From assembly GCA_036781645.1 (NCBI GenBank), contig DAIQAO010000003.1, positions 2,865-66,864 of the forward strand: a DNA stretch of 64,000 bases. Direction: 5' to 3'. The notes under the pieces are model-generated. The model ran no database searches. It was not told the origin of the DNA and saw only the letters and a program-made list of their open reading frames with translations. The position numbers and the translations under genes are program-made. The stretch's first letter is position 1. Each line of letters opens with the position of its first letter. Shown in pieces: positions 10,007 to 23,758 of this stretch. This DNA is from Dissulfurispiraceae bacterium (lineage in GTDB: Bacteria; Nitrospirota; Thermodesulfovibrionia; Thermodesulfovibrionales; Dissulfurispiraceae).

Positions 10007-10767
10007 TCCCTGACCCTTTCTAAATCCTCAGGTGTATCAACGCCGATCGTTTCATGCTTTGTAATCGCAATTTTAATTTTAAATCCATGCTCGATCGCCC
10101 TTAATTGTTCGAGCTTTTCAATTCTTTCGAGCCGCGAGACGGGAAGTTTCGCGAATTTTAACAAAAATGCCCCTGAATAAGCATATATCCCAATGTGTTT
10201 GAATAGCTCGCCAGTAAAGGGCTCCATCCCGATATTATATAAGTCCTTCCACTCGTCTCTGCAATAGGGTATTGGTGACCTTGAAAAATAGAGGGCAAAT
10301 CTTTCTGCATCAAAGACCACTTTAACTATATTCGCATTAATTAGTTCGTGATAACTTTCTATTTTTTTTGCGAGGGTTGCCATATTAGCCCTGCTATCAT
10401 CTAAAAGCCCGACCACAGTTTCTATCATCTCGGGCATTATCATAGGCTCATCCCCTTGAACATTAACAACTATATCAGAAGGCGAGATTTCTTTGTTTAT
10501 CTCGGATATTTTTAAAAAGGCTTCTGCAACTCTATCAGTCCCTGATTGATGGGTATCGGAAGTCATTACGGCGTTTCCTCCAAAGCTTTTTATAGCCTCA
10601 ATTATAGCTTCGCTGTCGGTAGCCGCAAAAACCTTCTTTATGTTCTTTGCCTTTGAAGATCTTTCATATACATGCTGTATAAGGGGTTTCCCCATTAGAG
10701 ACTGAAGAGGCTTTCCCGGAAAACGGGTTGAGGCGTAACGGCAGGGTATAATGACGATAGCGGACAT
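9985..10767 (-). CDS. kdsB: 3-deoxy-manno-octulosonate cytidylyltransferase
   Basis: [20 protein letters not shown] and NVQGDEP motifs. 22-nt overlap with the pyrG start. Confidence 0.95.
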   Translation of the reverse strand: MSAIVIIPCRYASTRFPGKPLQSLMGKPLIQHVYERSSKAKNIKKVFAATDSEAIIEAIKSFGGNAVMTSDTHQSGTDRVAEAFLKISEINKEISPSDIVVNVQGDEPMIMPEMIETVVGLLDDSRANMATLAKKIESYHELINANIVKVVFDAERFALYFSRSPIPYCRDEWKDLYNIGMEPFTGELFKHIGIYAYSGAFLLKFAKLPVSRLERIEKLEQLRAIEHGFKIKIAITKHETIGVDTPEDLERVRECLSISS

Positions 10768-10918
10768 ATATGTTTTTATGATACCATAATTAGTTTTATA
10801 TTTGTTTAAACTCTAATGAGCTTAAAATTCCGTGATAGGTTTTCAAAATTCCTTCAATCAACGAAGCTAATAGAGAGGGCTGGTGAGGAATTTTTATTCG
10901 ACACCTTATTCTTGATAT

Positions 10919-12487
10919 ATGAAAAATAGGAAATTTTTTGGCGTTTCTCCAAGTCTTTTACCTTTTTTTTTCTCTGGTTTGCTCCTTGTCTTGTCCTTTC
11001 CAAATATAGATCTTTATTTTCTTGCCTGGTTTGCTCTTGTCCCAGCTCTTGTCTCACTTTATGACAAAGGTATGAAATTTGCTTTTACGGCTGGGCTCTC
11101 CCTTGGAATGGTTTATTTTTTTGGAACCACCTACTGGATTTACCACGCCCTGCATGTATATGGTTCTATGCATCTCTCCTTAAGTATCTTCCTAATTATC
11201 TTGCTCTGCCTATATTTAAGTCTTTACACCGCCATGTTTTGCCTTCTTTATAGCATCATTCTCAAAAAAACCCCCCTTCCTTCCCTTTTAATAGCCCCCT
11301 GCATATGGACATCCCTTGAATTCATTCGCTCTTATGCACTAACAGGGTTTCCTTGGTCAAGCTTAGGGTATAGTCAGTATAAATTTCTCCCTTTAATCCA
11401 AATTGCCGATATAGTAGGTATTTATGGCGTATCTTTCTTAATAGTAGCCTTTAATGGTCTAATAGCCGATGTATTTATTACAAAAAAAATCAGGATTGAT
11501 AAACCCCTTTATTCATCTCTTCATTTTATCGTAGGTTCGCTCTGCCTTCTCATAATTTTTGTTATAGTTTTATCATATGGCTTTTTCAGACTTTATCAAG
11601 AAAGGAGTGATACGACCTTTAAAGCCGCTATTATTCAAGGCAACATAGAACAGGATAGGAAATGGGACATAGCTTATCAGAGAGAGGTTTTGGACGTGTA
11701 CAAGGGATTGACCACCCAATCAATAAGCAGAGTTCCTGATATCGTTATCTGGCCCGAGACGGCACTCCCTTTTATTTTCAGAGAAGACAAATATCTTACG
11801 GAAGATCTGATATCTTTTCAAAAGGAACTTGGCTCCTATATGCTTTTTGGTAGTATTCTTATAAAGGAAAACGAGGAAACAACAAAGAACGCCTTAATAA
11901 AGAAAAATAGATTATCCAATAGTGCTGTTCTTCTGGATAAAAATGGCAATATTACATACTTATATGATAAAATGCATTTAGTGCCTTTTGGCGAGTATGT
12001 ACCTCTAAGGAACATCCTTTTCTTCATAGACAAGCTTGTTTATGGTGTTGGTGATTATTATCCCGGTGACATTTATCTCACCGCCGTTACACCATTTGGA
12101 AGCTTTGCAACCCTAATCTGTTATGAAATTATCTTCCCCGGTATGGTGAGAAAGTTTTACATGCATGGGGGCGATTTTATTGTGACGATTACAAACGATG
12201 CCTGGTTTGGAGATACCCATGGACCTCATCAGCACTTCAGTATGGCGGTCTTCCGTGCTGTTGAGAACCGAAAACCCGTTCTAAGAGCCGCAAACTCAGG
12301 TATATCTGGGTTTATAGACAGTAGCGGTAGGATAATGGAGACTTCCAAGCTTTTTGAAAGGACGTATTTATTCGGTGAGGTCGCTAAAGATAAAACCATA
12401 ACTTTTTACACAAAATATGGAGACATATTCTCTTTCTTGTGCATTATTATAACGGCTGCTCTGTTTATGTCTTTAAAAAAACTCTGA
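10919..12487 (+). CDS. lnt: apolipoprotein N-acyltransferase
   Basis: Multi-TM N-terminal half plus a C-terminal CN-hydrolase domain (WPE, LICYE). 522 aa. Confidence 0.9.
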   Translation: MKNRKFFGVSPSLLPFFFSGLLLVLSFPNIDLYFLAWFALVPALVSLYDKGMKFAFTAGLSLGMVYFFGTTYWIYHALHVYGSMHLSLSIFLIILLCLYLSLYTAMFCLLYSIILKKTPLPSLLIAPCIWTSLEFIRSYALTGFPWSSLGYSQYKFLPLIQIADIVGIYGVSFLIVAFNGLIADVFITKKIRIDKPLYSSLHFIVGSLCLLIIFVIVLSYGFFRLYQERSDTTFKAAIIQGNIEQDRKWDIAYQREVLDVYKGLTTQSISRVPDIVIWPETALPFIFREDKYLTEDLISFQKELGSYMLFGSILIKENEETTKNALIKKNRLSNSAVLLDKNGNITYLYDKMHLVPFGEYVPLRNILFFIDKLVYGVGDYYPGDIYLTAVTPFGSFATLICYEIIFPGMVRKFYMHGGDFIVTITNDAWFGDTHGPHQHFSMAVFRAVENRKPVLRAANSGISGFIDSSGRIMETSKLFERTYLFGEVAKDKTITFYTKYGDIFSFLCIIITAALFMSLKKL

Positions 12488-12658
12488 TTTCTCTGGTAAG
12501 AATGCACAAAAGCTTATATTTTTATTGCCTGTTTTAATCTATAGAACCGATACATGAAGGGAATTCTCTCTTTACTATCTGTGAATATATCCTTTCGATA
12601 AAACGCTACATCAATGGAAACAAAAGCTTAGAGAATTAAGAAGGGGTAAGGGAAATTG

Positions 12659-13757
12659 ATGTTACAAAAAGAACTTTCAGAAGAGTTGGCTGAATTAAAA
12701 AGAAGGATATACCACCTCAGAGGTTACCTTTGAATTTGATACAAAAAAAGAGGAATTATTAAAAATTGATCAGGAACTTTCTTTAAGCTCGTCTTGGTCT
12801 AATCCTGACAGAGTAATTGAGTTACAAAAACTCAAGTCTGATATTCAGGAGACTATTTTACCAATCGAAGAATGTCTCGATAGGATAGTTTATCTGAATA
12901 ATTCGTTAAATATATTGGAAGAAGAGGGAGGGGAACTTTTTCAAGAAGAATTAAAACAGGAAATTAAGAAAGTTAAAGATATTCTTGCTGCTATTGAATT
13001 GAGACTTCTTTTTTCCGAAGAGACTGATAAAAATAACGCCATAGTTACTATCCACCCTGGAGCTGGAGGAGTTGAAAGTCAGGACTGGGCTCAGATGCTC
13101 ATGCGAATGTATTTGAGGTGGGCAGATAAGAAGGGGTTTAAAACAGAGATTATAGATTTGCAGTTAGGTGACGAAGCTGGAATTAAAGATGTTACTTTTA
13201 CTGTATTAGGTAGCTATGCCTTTGGTTACCTTAAGGCAGAAGCTGGTGTTCACAGACTTGTCAGGATATCACCATTTGATGCTAATAAAAGAAGACATAC
13301 ATCATTTTCAGCAGTTCTCGTTTACCCTGTCATAGAAGATAATATAAAAATCGATATTAGGGACGAAGATTTACAAATCGATACTTTTAGAGCTTCTGGA
13401 GCCGGGGGTCAACATGTAAATAAAGTATCTTCAGCTGTGAGGATTACTCACATACCAACAGGAATAGTAGTTTCGTGTCAGAGTGAGAGATCTCAATTAA
13501 GAAATAAGATGACAGCTATGAAGGTTTTAAAGTCAAGGCTATACAACATAAGTAAGGAAAAGAAAGAAAAGGAACTCGAAAGTATTGTAGGGGATAAAAA
13601 GGATATATCGTGGGGAAATCAAATAAGATCATATATTTTACAACCTTATAGCCTTGTTAAAGATCATAGAACGGGATTAGAAATAGGGAATGTAAGTTCT
13701 GTCCTTGATGGGGAAATTGATGTTTTTATTGATGCGTTTTTGAGGAAGTCTTTGTAG
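12659..13757 (+). CDS. prfB: peptide chain release factor 2, requiring a programmed +1 frameshift at CTT TGA (12728-12733)
   Basis: Frame 0 reads MLQKELSEELAELKRRIYHLRGYL then TGA. The +1 frame continues EFDTKKEELLKIDQEL... into the 12915..13757 ORF, which carries SPF and GGQHVNK motifs. An internal SD-like AGAGG sits 6 nt upstream of the slip site. Confidence 0.95.
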
Positions 13758-14075
13758 TTCTTCGCTTTTAATTTTTAAAGTCTTTTAGTAATTAGTAATA
13801 TATTAATGTTGAAATGTTTATAAGAACGGAGAAGTCTTTTGAATCAGCAATTTTGTTTGTAAATATATTTGATAAATATTTCTTACTTAAAGGGTGTTTT
13901 TTGTTGAAAACTTTACACTCATAACAATTGAGATTTTATTGAAACTATTTTAACGGCTGTTTTATAATTTTGTTGCTGAAAAGACAGGTTTTTTAACAAT
14001 TGTTAATAAAATGTTTATAAATATCTATAAATTAAAGTGAAATTAGCTTTTAAACCATTGATAATATTATAAAAT
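13758..14075. other. candidate chromosomal replication origin (oriC): AT-rich non-coding gap upstream of dnaA
   Basis: 318 bp, visibly very AT-rich, with no ORF. Repeated words: AAATGTTTATAA x2 (13812, 14009), TAACAATTG x2, ATTTTGTT x3. Classical prfB|dnaA-dnaN-gyrB context. Confidence 0.45.
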
Positions 14076-15416
14076 ATGAACCCTCAAGAAGTATGGAATA
14101 ATTTTCTCGCTGCAGTAGAAAAGAAGGTTGGGGGTAATCTTTTTGATCTGTGGTTTAAGCCTATGAAATTGATTAGTCTCGATGACAATCGAGCAACTGT
14201 AGAGATACCTAACAGATTTTTCAAGGAATGGATAGAGGATTATTACCCTAATATTCTCGAAGAGATAATTGGTAATATCTGTGGGCGGCAGCTCAAGATT
14301 ATTTATAACGTTAAAAATTCTGATCAGGAGGATGTCAAGCTAAGGAGCGTAGCAGCGGCTTTAGAAAATAGAAAGAATAAGCTTGCAAAAAGGGGTATTT
14401 TCTTAAACCCAAAATATACCTTTGAGAATTTTGTAGTTGGTCCTTCAAATCAATTGGCAAATGCTGCCGCAAAAAAGGTCGCAGAGAGCCCCGGTTCGAC
14501 ATATAATCCTTTATTTATTTACGGAGGGGTTGGATTAGGCAAGACACATCTTATTAATGCTATAGGTAATTTTATAATTGATGCAAATCCTTCTCTTTCA
14601 ATTTGTTATCTCTCGTCTGAACAGTTTATAAGTGAGGTAGTATCTTCACTTAGGCATGATAAGATGACCGATTTCAAAGAGAAATACAGAAATCTCGATG
14701 TCTTGCTTATAGATGATATTCAATTTATCGCCAAAAAACCAGCAACTCAGGAGGAGTTTTTCCACACTTTTAATTCTCTTTATGAGAGACAGAGGCAAAT
14801 TGTTATCTGCAGCGATAGGCCGCCGGTTGAAATATATGACATAACTGATAGACTACGGTCGAGATTCAATACTGGCTTAATTGTTGATATTCAAGTGCCT
14901 GAGGTGGAGACTAAGATGGCGATTATTTTTAAGAAGTCGAGTAAGGAACACCTGAAAATGCCTGAGGATGTAGCATATTTCATAGCCTCACGGGTAAAGT
15001 CGAATATTAGAGATTTAGAAGGCTGTTTGATTAAATTGGGGGCATACTGCAATTTGACAGAAACGCCTGTAAGTCTTGATGTTGCAAAAGAGGTTCTCAA
15101 AGATCTGATAATAGATGAAGATAAACCCTTGACAGTGGAAGATGTTCAAAAGGCAGTGTGCGAATATTACGGAATAAAGCTACAGGATTTGAAATCTAAA
15201 AGGAGAACCAAAGAGTTGGTTGTGGCGCGACAGGTTGCAATGTTTCTTACAAAGCAGAACACAAAACTATCGCTTTCAGAGATCGGCAATAACTTTGGGG
15301 GCAAGGAACACGCTACGGTTATATACGCCTGCAAACAGATCGAAGAGAGAAGGCTTAAAGAAGAAGACATAAGCAGGGCGATAGAAAACATCAGTAAGAA
15401 ACTCGGGATAAATTAG
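14076..15416 (+). CDS. dnaA: chromosomal replication initiator protein DnaA
   Basis: Walker A GGVGLGKTHL, LLIDDIQF, and the C-terminal DnaA-box binding domain (VARQVAMFL). Confidence 0.97.
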   Translation: MNPQEVWNNFLAAVEKKVGGNLFDLWFKPMKLISLDDNRATVEIPNRFFKEWIEDYYPNILEEIIGNICGRQLKIIYNVKNSDQEDVKLRSVAAALENRKNKLAKRGIFLNPKYTFENFVVGPSNQLANAAAKKVAESPGSTYNPLFIYGGVGLGKTHLINAIGNFIIDANPSLSICYLSSEQFISEVVSSLRHDKMTDFKEKYRNLDVLLIDDIQFIAKKPATQEEFFHTFNSLYERQRQIVICSDRPPVEIYDITDRLRSRFNTGLIVDIQVPEVETKMAIIFKKSSKEHLKMPEDVAYFIASRVKSNIRDLEGCLIKLGAYCNLTETPVSLDVAKEVLKDLIIDEDKPLTVEDVQKAVCEYYGIKLQDLKSKRRTKELVVARQVAMFLTKQNTKLSLSEIGNNFGGKEHATVIYACKQIEERRLKEEDISRAIENISKKLGIN

Positions 15417-15524
15417 AATTTAGAATAAGGAGTCTTTATATCTTCAAGTAGTAAACACCTTTTACCCTGTTTTATCCTGACGAATTATTGTAGAGCCGTC
15501 AAAAGTAATATTTAGGAGGGAATA

Positions 15525-16643
15525 ATGAAGATAAAAGTGGAGAAAGACCTATTACAAAGGAAATTGGCTAATGTTCAGAGCATAGTTGAAAAGGCTGGAT
15601 CAGATTTTCGCCAGATATTAAACCACTTTCTTCTTAATGCAGAGACGCATAAATCATTTATAATGGCAACAGATCTCGAGACGGCTTACAGAGAACCGGT
15701 TGAATTGGAGATTGAAAAAGAAGGAACAATCTGTATTCCCTGCAAGAAATTCTTCGAGATTATTAGGGAAATGGAGGGCCCTTTATCTCTTGAAACCATC
15801 GAAGACAAATGGTTAAAAATTACATGCCAGAGAAGCAATATACGGCTTGCTTGTCTGCCTGCAGAAAATTTTCCAAAATGGCCTGATTTACATGGAGAAA
15901 TAGAGATCTATCTGACTGTTTCGCTTCTCGATCAGATAATAGAGAGGTCTCTCTATGCGGCAAAAGAAGCGGAGATAAGATTTTTTCTCAACGGATTGCT
16001 TTTTAAGATAATGCCTGATAATACACTCATTGTTGTGGGCACAGATACACACCGTCTTGCTCTTGTCAGTAGTCCTCTGGAGATAAAAGATAAAGCCATG
16101 CTCAAAGAACCAAAGGACATTTTGATATCCAAGAAAGCTATCGCAGAAATAAAAAAGATCTTGAGCGATACCTCAGACATGGTAAATATAACCATAGGGA
16201 AAAATCATGTATTATTTAAAGTTAATGAGGTGGATCTCCTGACAAGACAGGTAGAAGGAACCTTCCCCGACTATACACGGGCGATACCAGAATCCTTTGA
16301 GAAAAATCTTATTGTTGATAGAAATGCCTTTATTAAAACCTTGAGAAAGGTTTCGGTTATAAGCAAGGAAAGGGGCTATATAGTTAAATTTGACATCAGT
16401 AAAAATCTTCTGACACTCACAGCAACCGATCCTGACTATGGTGAAGCGGTGGATGAGATAGAGACTGATTATAATGCAGAGCCCTTTAGCATAGCGTTCA
16501 ATGCGAGATATCTTTTAGAGGCAGCTAACGCAATGGCTACTGAGAGAGTAGTAATGAGGTTTCTCGATGCCCAGAAACCTGTAATGATGCAGCCGGAAGG
16601 GTTGGATGATTATAAATGTGTGATAATGCCTTTAAGGTCTTAA
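15525..16643 (+). CDS. dnaN: DNA polymerase III beta sliding clamp
   Basis: 372 aa immediately after dnaA. Typical clamp features (GTDTHRLA, MPLR C-terminus). Confidence 0.95.
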   Translation: MKIKVEKDLLQRKLANVQSIVEKAGSDFRQILNHFLLNAETHKSFIMATDLETAYREPVELEIEKEGTICIPCKKFFEIIREMEGPLSLETIEDKWLKITCQRSNIRLACLPAENFPKWPDLHGEIEIYLTVSLLDQIIERSLYAAKEAEIRFFLNGLLFKIMPDNTLIVVGTDTHRLALVSSPLEIKDKAMLKEPKDILISKKAIAEIKKILSDTSDMVNITIGKNHVLFKVNEVDLLTRQVEGTFPDYTRAIPESFEKNLIVDRNAFIKTLRKVSVISKERGYIVKFDISKNLLTLTATDPDYGEAVDEIETDYNAEPFSIAFNARYLLEAANAMATERVVMRFLDAQKPVMMQPEGLDDYKCVIMPLRS

Positions 16644-16675
16644 GAGGTTGTAATTATAAGTAACTTGTATTTTAA

Positions 16676-19120
<2,445 letters not shown>

Positions 19121-19166
19121 AAGAGTTATGTTGCTCTCAATGTTTTGATCCCCCAAACTAAAAACC

Positions 19167-20219
19167 ATGCATAAACGAATAGATCCGTTTGAGTTTATCT
19201 ATTTTTTAGGGTATTCAATCGTCAAAAAATATAAGCTCTCAAGACAAAAAAGGCTTCCGAGCAAGGTTATAAGTATCGGCAATATTACGACAGGAGGAAC
19301 TGGCAAGACCCCTGCGGTGATCGCTTTTGCACAGGAAGTCAGAAAAAGGGGGCTTTCGCCTGTCATATTAATAAGAGGCTATAAAGGCAAGGCAAAAACC
19401 CCTATGTTGGTGAACTTCCCAAAGAATTATCAACAAACATTGGATGAAGAAAAGGACAAGGCATTCTTATCAGCCGACATGCTTGGCGATGAAGCTTTCA
19501 TGATGTCTGAGAAGCTGAGAGATGTCCCTCTGGTAAAATCTCCGGATAGATATCTCGGGGGACAACTCGCTCTTGAGAGGTTGAAAGGTCTCGTTCCAGA
19601 AAATAAAATAGTTTTCATTCTTGATGACGGCTTTCAGCACTGGTCTCTTTATAGGGATATTGATATTGTGCTTGTGGATGGTATCAATCCATTTGGAAAC
19701 CGCAAATTGCTGCCCTTTGGGACTTTAAGGGAGCAGCCATATGAGCTAAAGAGAGCAGATTTTCTGGTAATCACCAAAAAAAGAAATGAGGAGCTTAATA
19801 GTAAGTTCAAGTTGATTAACCCTAAAGCCCCTGTTTACTTCGCAGAATACAAGGTTAGCGATGTCAGATACCCCGACGGCAGGAGTATCTCGCCAGAGGA
19901 AGTGCAAAACAAGAGATTTTTTGCCTTTTGTGGAATAGCTCAACCACTGTCATTCAAGGAACTCATCTCGTCTCTTAAGATTAATGTCTGTGGATGGGAG
20001 GAATTTCCAGACCACTACAATTATCGGGAAAAAGATATTTTGAGGGTTAAAAAAATTGCAGATAAGCTTAATTGTGATTTTCTTATCACTACCGAGAAGG
20101 ATATCGTAAAAATCAGGGAATATAAAAATCCGCCCAATCTGTTATATGTGGATATTGAATTTTCCCCTGAAGCCAACTTCTACGAAGAGGTTATTAAAAA
20201 GATACTCCGGGACTGTTAA
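19167..20219 (+). CDS. lpxK: tetraacyldisaccharide 4'-kinase
   Basis: P-loop VISIGNITTGGTGKTP and DDGFQH motif. Confidence 0.9.
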   Translation: MHKRIDPFEFIYFLGYSIVKKYKLSRQKRLPSKVISIGNITTGGTGKTPAVIAFAQEVRKRGLSPVILIRGYKGKAKTPMLVNFPKNYQQTLDEEKDKAFLSADMLGDEAFMMSEKLRDVPLVKSPDRYLGGQLALERLKGLVPENKIVFILDDGFQHWSLYRDIDIVLVDGINPFGNRKLLPFGTLREQPYELKRADFLVITKKRNEELNSKFKLINPKAPVYFAEYKVSDVRYPDGRSISPEEVQNKRFFAFCGIAQPLSFKELISSLKINVCGWEEFPDHYNYREKDILRVKKIADKLNCDFLITTEKDIVKIREYKNPPNLLYVDIEFSPEANFYEEVIKKILRDC

Positions 20220-20301
20220 TTCTATCGCCGAAATTAGACTTCCCTAATGCCAGGTTGAAGAAGTTAGCAGAGGAGAAGAAATTAACCTCTACTAGCAATT
20301 C

Positions 20302-22386
20302 TTAGGTTATCTTTGAGAAATCAGCAATACGCATAATGAGAGTTTGAATCTCTTTTATGATGGCAAGACGATTCATTCTTATTTCTTCACTTTTGTCCAT
20401 AACCAGGACCTTTTCGAAAAAGTTGTTTATTGAATTCCGTAGGATCTTTAGGATCTTGAGTGCATTAATATAGTTGAAGATTTCTAACTGATAATTAATC
20501 TCGTCACGGACACTCTCAAAATCCTTATAAAGCAGCCTCTCTTCTTCCTGCACGAACAGGTCTTTTTTGACAGGGGCGGGAACGGATTTTGGGGCTATAT
20601 TGTTAATTCTCTTAATTGAAAGTAATAATGAATCGAAATCAGGGTCGTCTTTGAAGTTAATCAGTGCCTTCATCCTCTCCTTTATTCTATGGAGAGGGGT
20701 TGTCCATACAAAAGGCATTACCGCTGCTATGATATCCCCAGGATATCCCTGAGATTGAAGAATATAATCTATTCTCTGCTCAAAAAATGCCGAAAGGGAA
20801 TTCATAAGTTCACTTTTTTCCTTAATCTCATGGGGCTTTAAGGCGATATCTAACATATTTTCGAGACTTAAATCATAACCTTTTTCCATGGCGATCAGGA
20901 TAATTCCGTGTGACTGCCTTCTAAGAGCAAAAGGGTCTTCAGAACCTGTTGGAGATAAGCCCAGCGTAAAGAAAGAAGCAATATTATCGAGTTTATCTGA
21001 AAGGCTTACGATCGCTCCTATATCTGTCACCGGTAGCAAATCGCCCGTATGTGAAGGAAGATACTGCTCACGCAAAGCCTTGGAGATAGATTCGTTATAG
21101 CCTTCTTTTGATGCATAATAACTACCTATAATGCCCTGTAGTTCGGGAAACTCTCTCACTACACCGGTTATGAGGTCAGTCTTTGACAAAAGCGCAGCAG
21201 TATTGACATCGTCTATCCTTTCAGGACAACAGTGGGTGCATATGGAGCTGGCTATAAATGCTATCCTTTGAGTCTTGTTGTAAAGGCTTCCGAGCCTGTC
21301 ATGATAAACTACGTTTTTAAGTGCTTCAAGCCTGTTTTTTAAAGGAGTTTTTGAATCTTCTTCAAAATAAAAACGAGCATCCTCAAATCTTGCTCTGATA
21401 ACCCTTTCAGCGCCCTTTCTGACGGTATCAGCGTTGGCGCTCCTTGTATTGCTGATGATAATAAAATTGTTGATAAGCCTTTTAAGGGAATCCTCCAGAG
21501 CAAAATACTTCTGATGTCCTTTCATGACGGTAACCAATAGTTCGTGTGGAAGAACAAGATGTTCAGGAGAAAAAGTCCCCAAAACAGGCACAGGATACTC
21601 TACCAAAAAAGCAACATGTTCAAGCAGGTCTTCATCCCAGATTACTTGTCCACTTACTTCAGCAGCCAATTTGTTAGCGCCTTCTATTATTAGTTTTTTT
21701 CGCTCTTCGTGATTAACTATGACATAGTTATTTTTGAGAAAGTGTATATATGATTTAGGGTCTTTTATCTCAAATGACGCAGGAGAGAGGAACCTGTGTC
21801 CCCTTGTCATTACATTGCTCGCTATACCATCTATCTCAAAACTTACCTTCTCGTTATTATAAATTGCGAGAATCCAGTGGATAGGTCTGACAAACCTAAG
21901 GTCGCCATCTCCCCATCTCATATTTTTAGGAAAGTTAAGAGTAAGAATAATCTTTTTCAGCACTTCAGGCAGAACATCTGACGCATCTTTGGCTTCTTCT
22001 TTAATAACGGCTACTATATATGTCCCTTTACCCTTCTCTTTTCTTTGTAATTCGTCGATAGATATCCCATGGGCTTTTGCAAATGCTTCAGCCGCTTTTG
22101 TTGGATTGCCCTCTTGATCAAATGCTGCATTGACAGGGGGCCCCCATATTTCTTTTTCTAAGGCTACCTGTCTTTTTTCGACTTCTACTATAAGAACAAG
22201 TCTTCTTGGAGTAGCGTAAGTTTTAATCTCACCATGAGGCAACCTGTTATCTCTGAAAACATTCTCTGCAATAGACTTCAAATTGTTTAATGCATTGGTA
22301 AGAAAACGGGCAGGAATTTCTTCCGTGCCAAGCTCCATCAAGAGTGTGCTTGTGTTGTCTGAAATTATCTCTTTGTTATTATTCAT
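20302..22386 (-). CDS. glyS: glycine--tRNA ligase beta subunit
   Basis: 694 aa. LLMELGTEEIPARF N-terminus. Directly downstream of glyQ. Confidence 0.95.
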   Translation of the reverse strand: MNNNKEIISDNTSTLLMELGTEEIPARFLTNALNNLKSIAENVFRDNRLPHGEIKTYATPRRLVLIVEVEKRQVALEKEIWGPPVNAAFDQEGNPTKAAEAFAKAHGISIDELQRKEKGKGTYIVAVIKEEAKDASDVLPEVLKKIILTLNFPKNMRWGDGDLRFVRPIHWILAIYNNEKVSFEIDGIASNVMTRGHRFLSPASFEIKDPKSYIHFLKNNYVIVNHEERKKLIIEGANKLAAEVSGQVIWDEDLLEHVAFLVEYPVPVLGTFSPEHLVLPHELLVTVMKGHQKYFALEDSLKRLINNFIIISNTRSANADTVRKGAERVIRARFEDARFYFEEDSKTPLKNRLEALKNVVYHDRLGSLYNKTQRIAFIASSICTHCCPERIDDVNTAALLSKTDLITGVVREFPELQGIIGSYYASKEGYNESISKALREQYLPSHTGDLLPVTDIGAIVSLSDKLDNIASFFTLGLSPTGSEDPFALRRQSHGIILIAMEKGYDLSLENMLDIALKPHEIKEKSELMNSLSAFFEQRIDYILQSQGYPGDIIAAVMPFVWTTPLHRIKERMKALINFKDDPDFDSLLLSIKRINNIAPKSVPAPVKKDLFVQEEERLLYKDFESVRDEINYQLEIFNYINALKILKILRNSINNFFEKVLVMDKSEEIRMNRLAIIKEIQTLIMRIADFSKIT

Positions 22387-22390
22387 TAAG

Positions 22391-23260
22391 TTACCTCTGT
22401 AGTAATGGGAAGCCCATTTTCTCTCTCTGTCTTAAGAAGGCTTCTGCACAAAGCCTTGCAAGAGCCCTGACCCTTGCAATATAACCTGTTCTTTCTGTGA
22501 CGGATAAGACACCCCGTGCATCAAGCAGATTAAAGAAATGTGAACTCTTCAGACAGTATTCATAAGCCGGTAAGACCAAACCCAACTCATTCATTCTTTT
22601 AGACTCTTTCTCACAAAATTCAAACTGGGTAATAAGCAGTTCAGGGTTTGAGTAATCAAAATTGAATTTAGAGAATTCTATCTCCCCCTGCTTATGTATT
22701 TCCCCATATTTAATGCCCTTACACCACTTTATCTCGAATACATTTTCAATTTCCTGTAAATACATGGCTATTCTTTCAAGTCCATATGTAATTTCCAGAG
22801 AAACAGGTTTCAAATCAATACCACCTACCTGCTGAAAATATGTAAATTGGGTTATTTCCATGCCATCCAGCCATACTTCCCATCCGAGCCCCCAGGCGCC
22901 TAAAGTTGGGGATTCCCAGTCATCTTCCACGAAACGGATATCGTGTTTTGTCGCTTCTATACCGATATAGGCAAGGCTTTCCAGATATAAATCCTGACTT
23001 TCCAGTGGAGATGGTTTTATAATAACCTGATATTGGTAGTAATGCTGGAGTCTGTTGGGGTTTTCACCATACCTGCCGTCAGTCGGCCTTCTGCTTGGCT
23101 GGACATATGCTGTTTTCCATGGTTCAGGGCCAATTACCCTAAAAAAGGTCGCTGTATGAAAGGTCCCCGCTCCCACTTCTATATCATAAGGTTGCAGAAG
23201 GATACAGCCCTTCTTTGCCCAAAACTCATTCAGTTTCATGATCAAATCCTGAAAATACAT
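22391..23260 (-). CDS. glyQ: glycine--tRNA ligase alpha subunit
   Basis: [19 protein letters not shown]..., [19 protein letters not shown]. Confidence 0.97.
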   Translation of the reverse strand: MYFQDLIMKLNEFWAKKGCILLQPYDIEVGAGTFHTATFFRVIGPEPWKTAYVQPSRRPTDGRYGENPNRLQHYYQYQVIIKPSPLESQDLYLESLAYIGIEATKHDIRFVEDDWESPTLGAWGLGWEVWLDGMEITQFTYFQQVGGIDLKPVSLEITYGLERIAMYLQEIENVFEIKWCKGIKYGEIHKQGEIEFSKFNFDYSNPELLITQFEFCEKESKRMNELGLVLPAYEYCLKSSHFFNLLDARGVLSVTERTGYIARVRALARLCAEAFLRQREKMGFPLLQR

Positions 23261-23552
23261 ATGCCCCTCTTAACAGTCTTTATTTATACAACTAAGTGTA
23301 ATGGAAATTTATGCCCTCAACCCCCCATAGCTTTAAAAGTAATTTAGGCAGGCAGAACATGGTTCTGCATAGATAGACAAACTTCCCATATTCTTCAGCG
23401 AAACATTAACAAAACCCAGGTTTATAGCCGCCTCCCCGTGATAAATAGATCGCAATCAAAGCATAAAGCTAATAGAAAACGCTTTGAGGGATTCACATAA
23501 AAGATATAAATGTTAAAGGAAAAGCAAATCCTTTGTCAATTGCCCCTTTCTA

Positions 23553-23708
23553 CCCTAAAATAGCGATAGAAAATCATCATTGCGACTTAGAGCGAAGCGA
23601 TAGAGAAGCAATCGTAGTTTTTAAAAGATAAGATTGCCACCGACCCTTTGGGTTCTCGCGATGACTGATAAATCAACCGTTTAGTGATTCTATCGATATT
23701 TTTTTAGG
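23553..23708. repeat. palindromic intergenic element, copy A (family 1)
   Basis: Termini CCCTAAAATAGCGATAGAAAATCA / TGATTCTATCGATATTTTTTTAGG are inverted repeats. The interior has CATCATTGCGA...GAAGCAATC...GATTGCC...TCGCGATGAC nested inverted repeats shared with copies B and C. Confidence 0.7.
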
Positions 23709-23758
23709 AAATATACTCACTATTGAAAACAAACTCTTCTTTCTGTTAACCTTTCAGA

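Noticed and set aside
23261-23552. A T-box leader upstream of glyQS. A 7-bp hairpin GCAGAAC-ATG-GTTCTGC lies at about 23349-23367.
   Set aside because: No T-box consensus (GGGTGGTACCGCG-like) or specifier-loop architecture is visible. An isolated short hairpin is insufficient.
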